Shown here: positions 29,049 through 38,954 of the stretch, piece by piece
How positions within the stretch are numbered: the stretch's first letter is position 1
Layout of the letters: each line of letters starts with the position of its first letter
Origin: an uncultured Lachnospiraceae bacterium
GTDB lineage: Bacteria; Bacillota; Clostridia; Lachnospirales; Lachnospiraceae
NCBI GenBank assembly: GCA_947176505.1
Contig: CAMWQW010000006.1
Coordinates: forward strand, 1 to 64,000
Direction of reading: 5' to 3'
Length of the DNA: 64,000 nt
Notes under the pieces: generated by a model
Seen by the model: the letters and a program-made list of their open reading frames with translations, nothing else
Told to the model about the DNA's origin: nothing
The model's database searches: none
Program-made: the position numbers and the translations under genes

Positions 29049-29234
29049 CTAATCTGCAAAAATATCCTTTCTATACGATTTTACTAAATTTTTCACTTCT
29101 TGTCTACTTTCTTTTACAATTATTTTCCGCCCCGTTGTGAATGTCAAGACGGTGTCCGGCGTCTCCTCCGCTAACTCGAGCAAATCAGGATTGATAAGAA
29201 TTTTCACGCCGTTAATCTTAGTAACCTCTATCAT
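29049..29234 (-). CDS. flbD: flagellar protein FlbD
   Basis: 61 aa MIEVTKINGVKILINPDLLELAEETPDTVLTFTTGRKIIVKESRQEV, classic FlbD; GGGAGG RBS. Confidence 0.8.
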   Translation of the reverse strand: MIEVTKINGVKILINPDLLELAEETPDTVLTFTTGRKIIVKESRQEVKNLVKSYRKDIFAD

Positions 29235-29250
29235 AGGAACCTCCCAACGG

Positions 29251-29341
29251 ATCTTACCCTAAATATGTATGCTGTCAATATCCTTGTATATGTAACTGCA
29301 TTGAACTTTTATATTCTACCACACATCTTAAAAAACTGCAA
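29251..29341 (-). promoter_or_regulatory. two candidate sigma-A promoters in the flgE-flbD spacer (TTGACA-16-TAAGAT near flbD; TTGCAG-17-TGgTAGAAT further upstream)
   Basis: Minus-strand hexamers: rc of 29274-29279 with 29251-29256, and rc of 29336-29341 with 29313-29318. A 208-bp non-coding gap inside an otherwise tightly packed operon. Confidence 0.3.
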
Positions 29342-29428
29342 AAAAAAATTATGGAAATCTCAAATAATAAGTAAATTAAATGAACTACAAAAGAGGAACT
29401 CTCCAAACAAGAAAGTCCCCCTTATTAT

Positions 29429-29442
29429 GCGCCTTACGGCGC
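29429..29442 (-). other. GC hairpin GCGCC-GUAA-GGCGC immediately 3' of the flgE stop (attenuator or RNA-stabiliser candidate, no U-tract)
   Basis: Perfect 5-bp GC stem with a GNRA-type tetraloop, directly downstream of the flgE TAA. Confidence 0.35.
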
Positions 29443-31464
29443 TTATCTCTTCAGATTAACAAGCTCTTCCAGCAACGTATCAGAAGTCGTGATAATACGG
29501 CTGTTTGCTTGGAAACCACGCTGTGTGGTGATCATCGTGGTAAACTCGGAAGACAAATCTACATTACTCATCTCCAGCACACCTGAAGTCATGGAACCGC
29601 CGCTTGCCGTAATGTCCTTGCCGACACCGTCAAACTCACCGGAGTTTTGTGTTGCGGAATATAAGTTATTACCCGCCTTGGCAAGACCTGACGCATTGGC
29701 AAATTCCGCCACCGCTATCTGTCCTAACAATTTCGTCAAGCCATTATCGTAAGAAGCCGTGATTCTGCCGTCCTGCCCAATTTCAATACCAATCAGCTCA
29801 CCAATCTTTCTCCCCTTGCCGGAAGCAGTACTATCCTTGGAACCGGGTGTAAGCTCTAACGTACACTTCTTACCGTTACCGAAATTGTTTACTGATGAAA
29901 AATCAATGTCAACATTACTGAACTGACTCAAATCGATCATCTCACCAGAGATAGAAGATGCAGATGAATTAAATGTGAGCGTAGCCGTATCAATTCCCAC
30001 TCCGCCAATACCAGAGAAATAACCCGTATCATGGTCAAATATCAGTTCCATGCCTCTCGTATGCTCTGTCTCAGTAATCTGCGCCGTTCCGTTCGGAGCA
30101 ATGTATGAAATCTTGTAATCTTTATTACTGGTATCTTCTAAATTATATACATATTTCAAGATATCTTTCTCATCCGCCGGCATCGTTAATTCCAAACCGA
30201 ACGATGAACCCGTACGTATTGCATTCTTGGTCGGAGTAAAATCGGCTTCAAATGTGATTTCCATTTCTCCCGCTTTACCATCCGCCTTCTGTGCCACCGT
30301 AACATTTTTCACGCCCTTTAACGAGTCAAGACTAGACAGATAAGCTGCCATATCCGTTACTTCCGTTCCAAGCGTTGCGCCGTCAGCCGTAGGCTTCTGA
30401 TAATACTTACTAGTCGTCTCATCATAAATCAAATTATACGGCTCCGCCTCCAACTGTTCTTTCGTCAAGGACACTTTACCTTCTACGGTAACTGCATCCG
30501 CAGTACCCGCAGTCACGCTGCCGCCGTCAGCCGGCACTTTCACTGTCACACTGTCACCTGCCGCAACCACCAGCGCATTCTGTTCAAAATTCTGCAGGAT
30601 CTCACTAAACGCCAACGTTACGTTAAACTTACTCGTACCGTCAAACGTTGCATCCTTATTAGCAGCATATGCAGAAGTTTTCGTCGGATCTGAGTTAGAA
30701 CCAAACGTCGCAATCTGGTTAATGTTCTCCAAACCATATTTCTTAACTAAGGATGTCCCCGTAGCATCCAGAATATCATCTAACTGCACACGGAATCTGT
30801 CATCGTCACCAATGCCATGAAAACTCATCTTAACCGTATATGCATAACCTTGCGCATCAAAAATTGTGAAGGTACGAATCGCACCCGCATCACTGTTGAT
30901 TGTCGGATCGGTCTTATCCAGAATACCCGATACGTATGCTTTGGTCGTCGCTTCCGGCGGAGCCGTCAGATTATCCGTATTCATGACCTGAAGCGCCGAC
31001 ACTACATCAGATCTGATGTCGCCTGTCTGCGGATCTACCTGCCATCCCATAACTGTATAACCAAGACTCGCCATAACCAGATTACCTGCGCCGTCCACGG
31101 TAAAAGAACCGTCTCTTGTGAAGAAATTCTGGGAGCCGTCGCTTACGACGAAGAAAGAATCTCCCTCAATCATAACATCCCACGGATTGTTAGTAGACTG
31201 TGCGGAACCCTGCTGCGTGATTGCAGTAGAGATTGCGCCGGTCTTAGAACCAAGACCAATCTGTCTGGGATTTATACCGCCTCGTCCGGTATTTGCATTC
31301 GCACCGGAAGCTGCCTGTGTTGTTTGGTATAACAAATCGTTGAATACCATGTTCTGTGACTTATATGCTGTTGTGTTAACGTTCGCGATATTGTTACCGA
31401 TAACGTCCATTCTGGTCTGGTGCGTCTTAAGACCTGCTACACCAGAGAATAATGATCTCATCAT
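29443..31464 (-). CDS. flgE: flagellar hook protein FlgE, long form with an inserted domain
   Basis: 673 aa; N-terminal MMRSLFSGVAGLKTHQTRMDVIGNNIANVNTTAYK and C-terminal TTQRGFQANSRIITTSDTLLEELVNLKR rod/hook motifs. Confidence 0.9.
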   Translation of the reverse strand: MMRSLFSGVAGLKTHQTRMDVIGNNIANVNTTAYKSQNMVFNDLLYQTTQAASGANANTGRGGINPRQIGLGSKTGAISTAITQQGSAQSTNNPWDVMIEGDSFFVVSDGSQNFFTRDGSFTVDGAGNLVMASLGYTVMGWQVDPQTGDIRSDVVSALQVMNTDNLTAPPEATTKAYVSGILDKTDPTINSDAGAIRTFTIFDAQGYAYTVKMSFHGIGDDDRFRVQLDDILDATGTSLVKKYGLENINQIATFGSNSDPTKTSAYAANKDATFDGTSKFNVTLAFSEILQNFEQNALVVAAGDSVTVKVPADGGSVTAGTADAVTVEGKVSLTKEQLEAEPYNLIYDETTSKYYQKPTADGATLGTEVTDMAAYLSSLDSLKGVKNVTVAQKADGKAGEMEITFEADFTPTKNAIRTGSSFGLELTMPADEKDILKYVYNLEDTSNKDYKISYIAPNGTAQITETEHTRGMELIFDHDTGYFSGIGGVGIDTATLTFNSSASSISGEMIDLSQFSNVDIDFSSVNNFGNGKKCTLELTPGSKDSTASGKGRKIGELIGIEIGQDGRITASYDNGLTKLLGQIAVAEFANASGLAKAGNNLYSATQNSGEFDGVGKDITASGGSMTSGVLEMSNVDLSSEFTTMITTQRGFQANSRIITTSDTLLEELVNLKR

Positions 31465-31578
31465 AGTGATATGACCTCCTTAAATCTGTGTCGAAACCGT
31501 TCGGGACAACTGTCTAAACGGCAGTCATCCCATCGCCCCATCCGTCGTTCCGGGACGTAAGCCTCCTTTAAGGTCCGG

Positions 31579-31983
31579 CTATATAATTACGGCTCCGTCA
31601 ATATTTGTAAATACATTTTCATCGGTTTCTGTCTGATCCATAGCCGTGATAACCGTCTGATTCGGCACATTCACGATAAACGCCAGTGAATCGACGATAA
31701 CCAACGATTCGTTGATTCCCTTCGCACCCGCTTTAGCTGCTCCCATGTTCAGGCGTTCAACCTGTTCCTTGGTCAATTCAATATTTCGGTCAACCAGACG
31801 GTTCGCCGCATGCTTTGAAAACCTTACCTCTCCGTCCGTCTGAATATCTACCGTCTTACCCGATAAGATATCCTGAAAACTCGGTCCGTTCTGCTTTAAT
31901 GCACCCGCCTGCTGTCTGCCTGCATTTAAATATTGATCCTGCAGCTGTTCTATGGAAAGGAACTGATTACCTTGAATCTTCAT
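31579..31983 (-). CDS. small flagellar operon protein (TIGR02530 flg_new-like) between flgD and flgE
   Basis: Start MKIQGNQF after AGGAGG, moved from 32037. About 134 aa. Position and size match the Clostridial flgD-X-flgE gene. Confidence 0.5.
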   Translation of the reverse strand: MKIQGNQFLSIEQLQDQYLNAGRQQAGALKQNGPSFQDILSGKTVDIQTDGEVRFSKHAANRLVDRNIELTKEQVERLNMGAAKAGAKGINESLVIVDSLAFIVNVPNQTVITAMDQTETDENVFTNIDGAVII

Positions 31984-32064
31984 ATTAACTCTCCTCCTTG
32001 AGATGACTGCTACCGCCTCCGGCGATGATACTTTCACAGTTCCTTCTGTGTCGTCATTTTCAGA

Positions 32065-32757
32065 TTACTTCGTATCGGAACCTTCACCTGAATCATCATC
32101 AGGGTCATTGCCATCTTCATTAGGAATAATGTCTTTCATTCTCTGGATATAAGTCTTAGCGCCCTCGATATAGTCATCCGTCAAGAAACTTAACTGATAC
32201 TCATCCATGCTGTTAAGAATCTCCTCCAGTTTCTCCACATTGTCTCTGTCCGCAATTGACAGCATACCAATCTCTGGAAGTTTCTTGTAAATATTCAAGA
32301 AGTCTGCCGCCTTAGCATATCCTTCCAGATATTTCTTATCCGCCACTTTATCCAGATCATCCATGGAATATAATTCTCCGGCGATTGAAAGATACGCCTT
32401 ATTATTCTCATACACAACGAAATCTACATTGCCCTGTACCTGAGTTGTTTTACCTGTGCTGTCAGTAACTTTCATAAGTACCGTCTGACCTACTAGCGAT
32501 GACGCTCTGGAAAGTTCCAATGTTGCGCTCATGTTCTGCATCTGCTCCAATGAGGAGAATGTCGCGAACTGAGAAATGTACTCTGTGTTAGAAGTCGGCT
32601 CCAATGGATCCTGATATTTCATCTGCGCTACTAAAAGCTGCAAAAATGCATCTTTATCCATTCCGGAATTTGCCTTCTTAATATTTTCCTTGGCAAGAGA
32701 TGCTGCTGTCTGACTCTCGACAAATTTACCGTCTTGTACTGCCTGTACTGCTCCCAT
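32065..32757 (-). CDS. flgD: hook capping protein FlgD
   Basis: 230 aa; FLQLLVAQMKYQDPLEPTSNTEYISQFATFSSLEQMQNM is the FlgD N-terminal motif; Tudor/FlgD-Ig part follows. Confidence 0.85.
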   Translation of the reverse strand: MGAVQAVQDGKFVESQTAASLAKENIKKANSGMDKDAFLQLLVAQMKYQDPLEPTSNTEYISQFATFSSLEQMQNMSATLELSRASSLVGQTVLMKVTDSTGKTTQVQGNVDFVVYENNKAYLSIAGELYSMDDLDKVADKKYLEGYAKAADFLNIYKKLPEIGMLSIADRDNVEKLEEILNSMDEYQLSFLTDDYIEGAKTYIQRMKDIIPNEDGNDPDDDSGEGSDTK

Positions 32758-32773
32758 ATAATTACTCCTCTCT

Positions 32774-34258
32774 TTATACTGTGTAATCTACAGTGTTACC
32801 GTTTGCTTTCATCATCTCCACTGCAATACGCTCAGAATCTTCCATCTCGGAAAGCTCATCTTCTTCGTCAATTTCATCCAGATTAATCTTCCTCGTACTC
32901 TTAGCGGATTTGCCTTGTTTCTGATCCGTATTCGCATTATCCTGCGAAAACTGCTGACCATATTCATGACTGGCAACCGTGACTTCCACTGCATCAACTT
33001 TAATTCCCTGCTCTTCAAATTGTTCCTTAAGCTGAATAAGCTGTGTCTCAATCACTGCGCGGACCGCTTCGTTCTGCGTAGTAAACTGTGCCGTAATTGC
33101 ACCGTCTTTTGATGCAATCTGTACATTTACCGTACCCAAGCTGGCTGGGTGAAGTTGTAACTCCATCTGCTGTGTATCAGCCTTCAGATTGATTCGCATG
33201 TAATCCATAATCTGGTTCATGATATCTTCCGTCTGCATTGACTGATATCCCGCGCTTACGGGAGCCGGTGTCTCAACCACCTCTATCGGCTTATCAGGTG
33301 TCTGTAACAAAGGATTTCCTGCCGCTTGATCCGCCGCATTTCCTTCTCCTCTGCCACTGTCCGCTGAAGCATCTTTAGTCTGCATTCTGCGTGTGTCCTG
33401 TAAATCCGCCTTAGAAGTGTCCGTCACTTCTTCCTGAACGCTCTTATTGCCGCTTGCATCATCCACAGTCACTTTCACTTGAACCGTCTCGCCATCTTTC
33501 TGAACAGACACCGTGTAATCCTTCATACCTTCCAGATCTGCCCCCGGCATATCCTGTACAAGCGCTGCATCCAGTATGTCTGATTCCCCATTCTCAGAAA
33601 TCATCTGTTCTACTAATGCGTTAAGCTCTTCTTCGCTAAGTCCCAATTCCTCCTGCAGGCTCGCAAGGCTTTCTTCCACTACCGCAAATAAATTCTGCAG
33701 ATTACCATACAGCGTTTCGTTCGTCACAAGCGAAAGTTCATCGGTACTGCCCGATATCTGAAGTAAAAGCTGTCTCAGATTATCCACATCGAACAATTCA
33801 ACCGCCGTAAGCCCCAACACTGCCATGGCTTCTTCTACCTCTTCCGGTGTCACATCCATCTCATCAGCGATGTCCTGCACCAGTTCCTCGGCTGCTTTCT
33901 CCACTTCTTCTGTGCTGCCGTCTGACTTTGCCGCTTCATCGGTGTGCTGAACGGTTTTATCTCCGCCCCGCTGCATCGCATCTTCGGTCTTAGTCGAATC
34001 ATTCGCCGTATGCTGCTCGGTATTTTGTACCGCAGTGTCTTTTTTGGCTGTGCTCACGGCTGTGTTTACCGATGCCGCAACAGAAGTGTTTCCGGCTGCA
34101 CCTGCATGAAGACTCTTGAGTGAGTCGTTCACTTTCGTCATAACCTTGTCGAAGCTGCCCTTTACGAGCTCTTCCTGCTTTGTTCCTGTCTGCTCAGTCT
34201 GAACTGCTGCCTGACCAGCCTTTAAATTAAACAAAGCATTCACATTGTTTACAGTCAT
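32774..34258 (-). CDS. fliK: hook-length control protein FliK
   Basis: 494 aa; a low-complexity acidic middle and a C-terminal Flg_hook domain (LQLHPASLGTVNVQIASKDGAITAQFTTQNEAVRAVIETQLIQLKEQFEEQGI). Confidence 0.8.
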   Translation of the reverse strand: MTVNNVNALFNLKAGQAAVQTEQTGTKQEELVKGSFDKVMTKVNDSLKSLHAGAAGNTSVAASVNTAVSTAKKDTAVQNTEQHTANDSTKTEDAMQRGGDKTVQHTDEAAKSDGSTEEVEKAAEELVQDIADEMDVTPEEVEEAMAVLGLTAVELFDVDNLRQLLLQISGSTDELSLVTNETLYGNLQNLFAVVEESLASLQEELGLSEEELNALVEQMISENGESDILDAALVQDMPGADLEGMKDYTVSVQKDGETVQVKVTVDDASGNKSVQEEVTDTSKADLQDTRRMQTKDASADSGRGEGNAADQAAGNPLLQTPDKPIEVVETPAPVSAGYQSMQTEDIMNQIMDYMRINLKADTQQMELQLHPASLGTVNVQIASKDGAITAQFTTQNEAVRAVIETQLIQLKEQFEEQGIKVDAVEVTVASHEYGQQFSQDNANTDQKQGKSAKSTRKINLDEIDEEDELSEMEDSERIAVEMMKANGNTVDYTV

Positions 34259-34363
34259 ACTTTTTCCTCCTTTCTTTAATTTTCAATGTTCTATGCCTTC
34301 CGGCATGAATTATATATAATGGATGATAGAGCGCACCTTAGACACACTCCGCCATCTCAATAT

Positions 34364-34391
34364 ATATCGGCTTAAATACCCGATTCCTTTA
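34364..34391 (-). promoter_or_regulatory. sigma-28 (SigD/FliA)-type promoter: TAAA-N16-GCCGATAT, about 105 nt upstream of fliK
   Basis: Minus strand reads ctacTAAAggaatcgggtatttaaGCCGATATatattgag; GCCGATAT is rc of plus 34364-34371 and TAAA is rc of 34388-34391. It sits in the 150-bp gap between the ylxF-like gene and fliK. Confidence 0.55.
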
Positions 34392-34409
34392 GTAGGCAGC
34401 CACCATTAA

Positions 34410-35285
34410 TCATGAATCAGGATCCATGATTCTTGTCAATCTGGCTGCGGTTTCTGAATCCATAACGCCTAATATTTTACCGCGGTCCTCGGCACTCATC
34501 TGATACAAAATCTTAGCAGCCAGATCAAGGTCATCCGTCATACTCTCGAAGATTGCCGCCGCTTCCTTAGGCTTCATCTCGGAGTAAGCCTGCGCATAAT
34601 CCTGTACTTCCTTGCTTACTTCTGTTTGTTCGACTACTTGTTTGTACAAATATTCCGCCATGGCGGGATCCATACTCTCATAATATTTCTGATATGCTTC
34701 CGCCCCCGGTCCGTTTTCAGCGTAAACCACTTCTTCGTAAAACTCAGTCTTGATTCTTTCAAACTCTACCTGTGCATCCTCAAAAGTCTGCAATCTATCT
34801 ATTTCGGCGCGAAGTTGATCCAGTTCTTCCGAATCTGTGTTGCTGGCTGTCTGCGCTCTCTCAAGCTCAAGCTCAAGCTCCGTGATATAATCCACGGCTT
34901 CCCGTAAGCTGGTATACCCGCCGTACGCCTCTTCGTCGTCCGTTGTTACCACCGCATCTGACGGAAGGATTTTATTGATGACCGGAACGTCTTTCAGTAC
35001 CGGTGCAAGCACACCCGAACCAAAACCGCCCACGTCCAATTTAATCAACAGACACAGAATTGCAAGCCAGATAATAACAATAACAATCGTTACCAAAGCA
35101 ACGGACACACCACCTGCATCCTCATCCTCAGCCAATTGTGCTTCCTGTGCGGAAATCTCCTTGGCGCGCTGCTTAGCTTCCTTTTTCTGCGCTTTCTGAT
35201 CGTCTTTTATCTTTTTACGCTCTTCCTTTAATCTCTTTTTTTCTGCCTTGGTATCCACCTCGGCATTCAAAAGTTCGTCAGCCAT
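34410..35285 (-). CDS. YlxF/MotE-like flagellar protein (basic N-terminus, one TM, MgtE-N-like C-terminal domain)
   Basis: 291 aa, between fliJ and fliK as B. subtilis ylxF; C-terminal MKPKEAAAIFESMTDDLDLAAKILYQMSAEDRGKILGVMDSETAARLTRIM. Confidence 0.55.
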   Translation of the reverse strand: MADELLNAEVDTKAEKKRLKEERKKIKDDQKAQKKEAKQRAKEISAQEAQLAEDEDAGGVSVALVTIVIVIIWLAILCLLIKLDVGGFGSGVLAPVLKDVPVINKILPSDAVVTTDDEEAYGGYTSLREAVDYITELELELERAQTASNTDSEELDQLRAEIDRLQTFEDAQVEFERIKTEFYEEVVYAENGPGAEAYQKYYESMDPAMAEYLYKQVVEQTEVSKEVQDYAQAYSEMKPKEAAAIFESMTDDLDLAAKILYQMSAEDRGKILGVMDSETAARLTRIMDPDS

Positions 35286-35287
35286 TC

Positions 35288-35740
35288 TTACTCCCCTTTT
35301 CCACGCTGTCCGTAAGTATAACTGGTCAGCTCATCTACCGCTTTACCTTCTGCGGCATTCTCTTCTTGTATAAACTGCTCTAAGGCTTTCTCTTTCAGCC
35401 GTTCGTGCATCTTACGCTCCTGCATGACTTCCTGCAGTTTCAGCCTTGCCGCTTCCACAACATTCTGTGCCAATGCGACTTGCTCTCTCTGTTCCTCTAT
35501 CATCGCATCCATGATCAACATGGCATTTCTATTATCTTTCAAATCATTTACGTGCAGTACATCGCTGCGCATCTTCCTGCCTTCTTCAAGATAGGCTTCC
35601 TTCCTGTCAATCAGCTCCTGCAGTCTTTCTTCTTCTTCCATGAGCTTCATCTGCGCTCTGCCAAGCTCCATTTTGGCCTGCGTTTCTAACTGATACTGGA
35701 TATTCAAAATGCTCTGCATTCTGTATGTAAATTTCGCCAT
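35288..35740 (-). CDS. fliJ: flagellar export chaperone-like FliJ
   Basis: 150 aa all-coiled-coil; MAKFTYRMQSILNIQYQLETQAK; position after fliI. Confidence 0.75.
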   Translation of the reverse strand: MAKFTYRMQSILNIQYQLETQAKMELGRAQMKLMEEEERLQELIDRKEAYLEEGRKMRSDVLHVNDLKDNRNAMLIMDAMIEEQREQVALAQNVVEAARLKLQEVMQERKMHERLKEKALEQFIQEENAAEGKAVDELTSYTYGQRGKGE

Positions 35741-35755
35741 GACCGGTTACCTCTT

Positions 35756-37057
35756 TTATTCCGCAAAAAGCTCCCGCAGCATATCTACTGCCTGCTCATA
35801 GTCGAATTTATCATTCACATCCTGCATCAAAAACTCATTCACCGCATCAATCTTGGCTATGGCATAGTCAATCTTCGGATTACTGCCGCTCTTGTAAGCA
35901 CCGATATTGATCAAGTCCTCCGCTTCATTGTGAGTCGCGAGTACATTTTTAAGCTTTCCAGCAAGTCCTTTATGTTCTTTATCAACAATCTGCGACATAC
36001 ATCTCGAGATGCTCTGCAGCACATCGATTGCCGGATAATGGTTCTGGTGCGCCAGTTTACGATTCAGCACAATATGCCCGTCTAAGATACTTCTTGCCGT
36101 ATCCGTAATAGGCTCATTCATATCATCGCCGTCCACCAAGACTGTATATAACCCTGTGATAGAACCTACCGCAGCGCACCCGGCTCTCTCCAAAAGTTTC
36201 GGCATCTCTGAATATACACTCGGAGGGTATCCTCTGGACACCGGCGGTTCTCCGCTCGCCAGCCCTATTTCTCTCTGAGCCATGGAAAAACGCGTCAGTG
36301 AATCCATCATAAGCAGGACATCTTTCCCCTGATCCCTGAAATATTCTGCAATGGCAGTCGCCGTTTTCGCAGCCTTATTCCTCTCCAGAGCCGCCTTGTC
36401 GGAAGTAGCAACCACCACTACCGAACGCTTCATGCCTTCCTCGCCCAAATCTCTTTCTATAAATTCACGTACTTCCCTGCCACGCTCACCAATCAATGCA
36501 ATCACATTGATATCCGCCTTCGTATTGCGTGCAAACATACCCATCAAAGTAGATTTCCCTACTCCGGAACCGGCAAAAATGCCGATACGTTGTCCCTTAC
36601 CCACAGTCATCAAGCCGTCAATCGCCTTCACACCGAGTGGAAGCACTTCATCAATAATCTTCCTGCTCATCGCATCCGGCGGCTGCGCCTCCACACTATA
36701 AGGAGTTCCGGGCATATACTCGCCGTTAATTCTGCCAAGACCGTCCAGCACCTTACCGAGCAGTTCGTTACTGACAGGCACCGACAGCGGTTCTCCTGTA
36801 TTCTCCACGATACAGCCCAGCCCAATGCCGTCCGTTTTGTCACAAGGCATGAGAAGTGTCTTGCGCTCCTTGAATCCGACCACTTCCGCCATAATCGGGC
36901 TGTACGCATCCTCCGCCGGATATATTTTGCACAAATCTCCCAGCGTAGCCTCCGGACCTGCCGATTCAATTGTCAGACCCACTACATTCTCAACCCGCCC
37001 TTTTTTCTTGAAAAAGGTCTCGTTCGTTATTTTGCTGTATTTAGAAAAATTAATCAT
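35756..37057 (-). CDS. fliI: flagellum-specific ATPase FliI
   Basis: Walker A GIFAGSGVGKSTLMGMFAR and Walker B, F1/T3SS-ATPase family. The start is ambiguous between the TTG at 37069 listed by the track and the ATG at 37057 that I chose. Confidence 0.93.
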   Translation of the reverse strand: MINFSKYSKITNETFFKKKGRVENVVGLTIESAGPEATLGDLCKIYPAEDAYSPIMAEVVGFKERKTLLMPCDKTDGIGLGCIVENTGEPLSVPVSNELLGKVLDGLGRINGEYMPGTPYSVEAQPPDAMSRKIIDEVLPLGVKAIDGLMTVGKGQRIGIFAGSGVGKSTLMGMFARNTKADINVIALIGERGREVREFIERDLGEEGMKRSVVVVATSDKAALERNKAAKTATAIAEYFRDQGKDVLLMMDSLTRFSMAQREIGLASGEPPVSRGYPPSVYSEMPKLLERAGCAAVGSITGLYTVLVDGDDMNEPITDTARSILDGHIVLNRKLAHQNHYPAIDVLQSISRCMSQIVDKEHKGLAGKLKNVLATHNEAEDLINIGAYKSGSNPKIDYAIAKIDAVNEFLMQDVNDKFDYEQAVDMLRELFAE

Positions 37058-37907
37058 TGGATTTTTCAAATGATAACACCCGCAATTTATTAGTTAATTC
37101 TTGCAACTGCGTATCAACGCCGCAGTCAAAAATACCGCCATCCGTCTCAATCAGGCAGTCACCCTGATTGAGGGCAAGGTCTTCAACAATTTCCACTATG
37201 CCTTTACCTGCAGTTGCGCCTTCCGTGAGAGCTTGTTTCTGCATATTGACATAAGGGTAATCGTCCTGAGAAACATGAACAATAAAAGTCCTGCTGCTTT
37301 CCACCCGTCTTAAGGTGGCATCAATCAAATGCACCAGGATATCTCTGTTGTCCGCCAGCTCAATGCCGAAAACATAATTGTAAACCTCTATGATCGTATC
37401 AATGAAACGTGGTTCTAACGTCTCAATCAGCCGGTCATACTCCTCTTCCAACTGTCTTTTCTCACCCTCAAGCGCCAGCTTGATATCATCTACTTCAGAC
37501 ATACCCTTATGAAAGCCAACATCATAACCCTGCTTATTGCCTTCCTCTACCGCTTTCCTGCGCTCCATTTCAATTTCTTGCTTGGCGGCTTCCATCATCT
37601 CGTCAATCTGCGCCTGCGCATCATCTAACATCGCTTGCGCCTGTGCCTTAATCTCTTCGAGGTCGGGACCCTGTACACCCTTCGCGGCTTTAATAATACC
37701 GCCTTCGGTTCCGTCTCCTGCATCGGCAAGAAGAGCATCAATCTCTTCTCCACCCAAGCCGCTTACAAATTCCGCCTCGCCATCCTCTGCTTCATCGTAA
37801 GCGCTCTGTTCATTTGCCTTTGCCCGTCTGATTGCCTCGAGTTCCTCGATTCGACGCTCCATCCGTGCATTGCTGTCAATCACACATTTCTCGTCACTGG
37901 ATACCAT
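37050..37907 (-). CDS. fliH: flagellar export protein FliH
   Basis: A/E-rich coiled N-terminus and a FliH C-terminal domain. The track start is TTG 37973, which overlaps fliG; I chose ATG 37907, 25 nt after the fliG stop. Confidence 0.7.
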   Translation of the reverse strand: MVSSDEKCVIDSNARMERRIEELEAIRRAKANEQSAYDEAEDGEAEFVSGLGGEEIDALLADAGDGTEGGIIKAAKGVQGPDLEEIKAQAQAMLDDAQAQIDEMMEAAKQEIEMERRKAVEEGNKQGYDVGFHKGMSEVDDIKLALEGEKRQLEEEYDRLIETLEPRFIDTIIEVYNYVFGIELADNRDILVHLIDATLRRVESSRTFIVHVSQDDYPYVNMQKQALTEGATAGKGIVEIVEDLALNQGDCLIETDGGIFDCGVDTQLQELTNKLRVLSFEKSND

Positions 37908-37932
37908 GACCCAGCTTGATTTATACAAATTC

Positions 37933-38949
37933 CTAGACAATGATTTCGTCACCTCCACCTCTGGAGATAACAATTTCTGCGGAGTCTTCCAGTTTTCTGA
38001 TAATATTTACAATCTTCTGCTGTGCTTCCTCTACATCCTTCATACGTACAGGACCCATGAACTCCATATCTTCCTTAATCATAGCGCTCAGACGTTTGGA
38101 CATATTATTGAAGATTGCATTCTGCACTTCTTCGTTAGATCCTTTCATCGCAATTGCCAAGTCTCCGTTATCCACGTCACGCAGCACACGCTGAATCGCC
38201 CTGTCGTCCAGAAGCAAAATATCTTCGAAGACGAACATTTTCTTTCTGATCTCGTCCGCCAACTCCGGCTCTTCGATTTCCAATGTCTCCATAATATGTT
38301 TCTCTGTACCGCGGTCTACCGTATTTAAGATTTCCACGACAGCATCCACACCACCGATGATCGTGTAATCCTGATTGACCAAAGATGCCAGCTTTGATTC
38401 CAACACTTTCTCCACTTCCTTAATGACATCAGGACTCGTTCTGTCCATGACTGCAATACGTTTCGCAACATCAGCCTGTCTGTCAGGCGGCAGTGCCGAA
38501 AGAATAAGCGCTGACTGCGCTGCTGATAAATAAGATAAAATAAGCGCTATCGTCTGCGGATGTTCATCCTGAATAAAGTTAAGAAGCTGTGAAGCATCCG
38601 TCTTTCTGACAAACTCGAAAGGCTTTACCTGCAAAGATGCTGTCAGCTTGCCAATAACATCCATCGCCCTGTCGGAACCGAAAGATTTCTCCAGAAGTTC
38701 CTTTGCATAATTGATACCGCCTTCCGCAATATACTGTTGCGCCAGACATATCTGATAAAACTCACTGATGACATCATCTTTCATCTGTGGGGTGATATTT
38801 CTGGTGTTGGCTATCTCTAATGTCAGTTCTTCAATTTCTTCTTCTTTTAGATGTTTAAAGATAGATGCCGATTTCTCCGGTCCCAGAGCTATCAAAAGAA
38901 CAGCCGCTTTTTGAAGTCCGCCGGTAACTTTCTCTTCAGTCTTTGCCAT
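37933..38949 (-). CDS. fliG: flagellar motor switch protein FliG
   Basis: 338 aa; conserved torque-helix region and an MFVFEDI motif. Confidence 0.95.
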   Translation of the reverse strand: MAKTEEKVTGGLQKAAVLLIALGPEKSASIFKHLKEEEIEELTLEIANTRNITPQMKDDVISEFYQICLAQQYIAEGGINYAKELLEKSFGSDRAMDVIGKLTASLQVKPFEFVRKTDASQLLNFIQDEHPQTIALILSYLSAAQSALILSALPPDRQADVAKRIAVMDRTSPDVIKEVEKVLESKLASLVNQDYTIIGGVDAVVEILNTVDRGTEKHIMETLEIEEPELADEIRKKMFVFEDILLLDDRAIQRVLRDVDNGDLAIAMKGSNEEVQNAIFNNMSKRLSAMIKEDMEFMGPVRMKDVEEAQQKIVNIIRKLEDSAEIVISRGGGDEIIV

Positions 38950-38954
38950 CTAAC

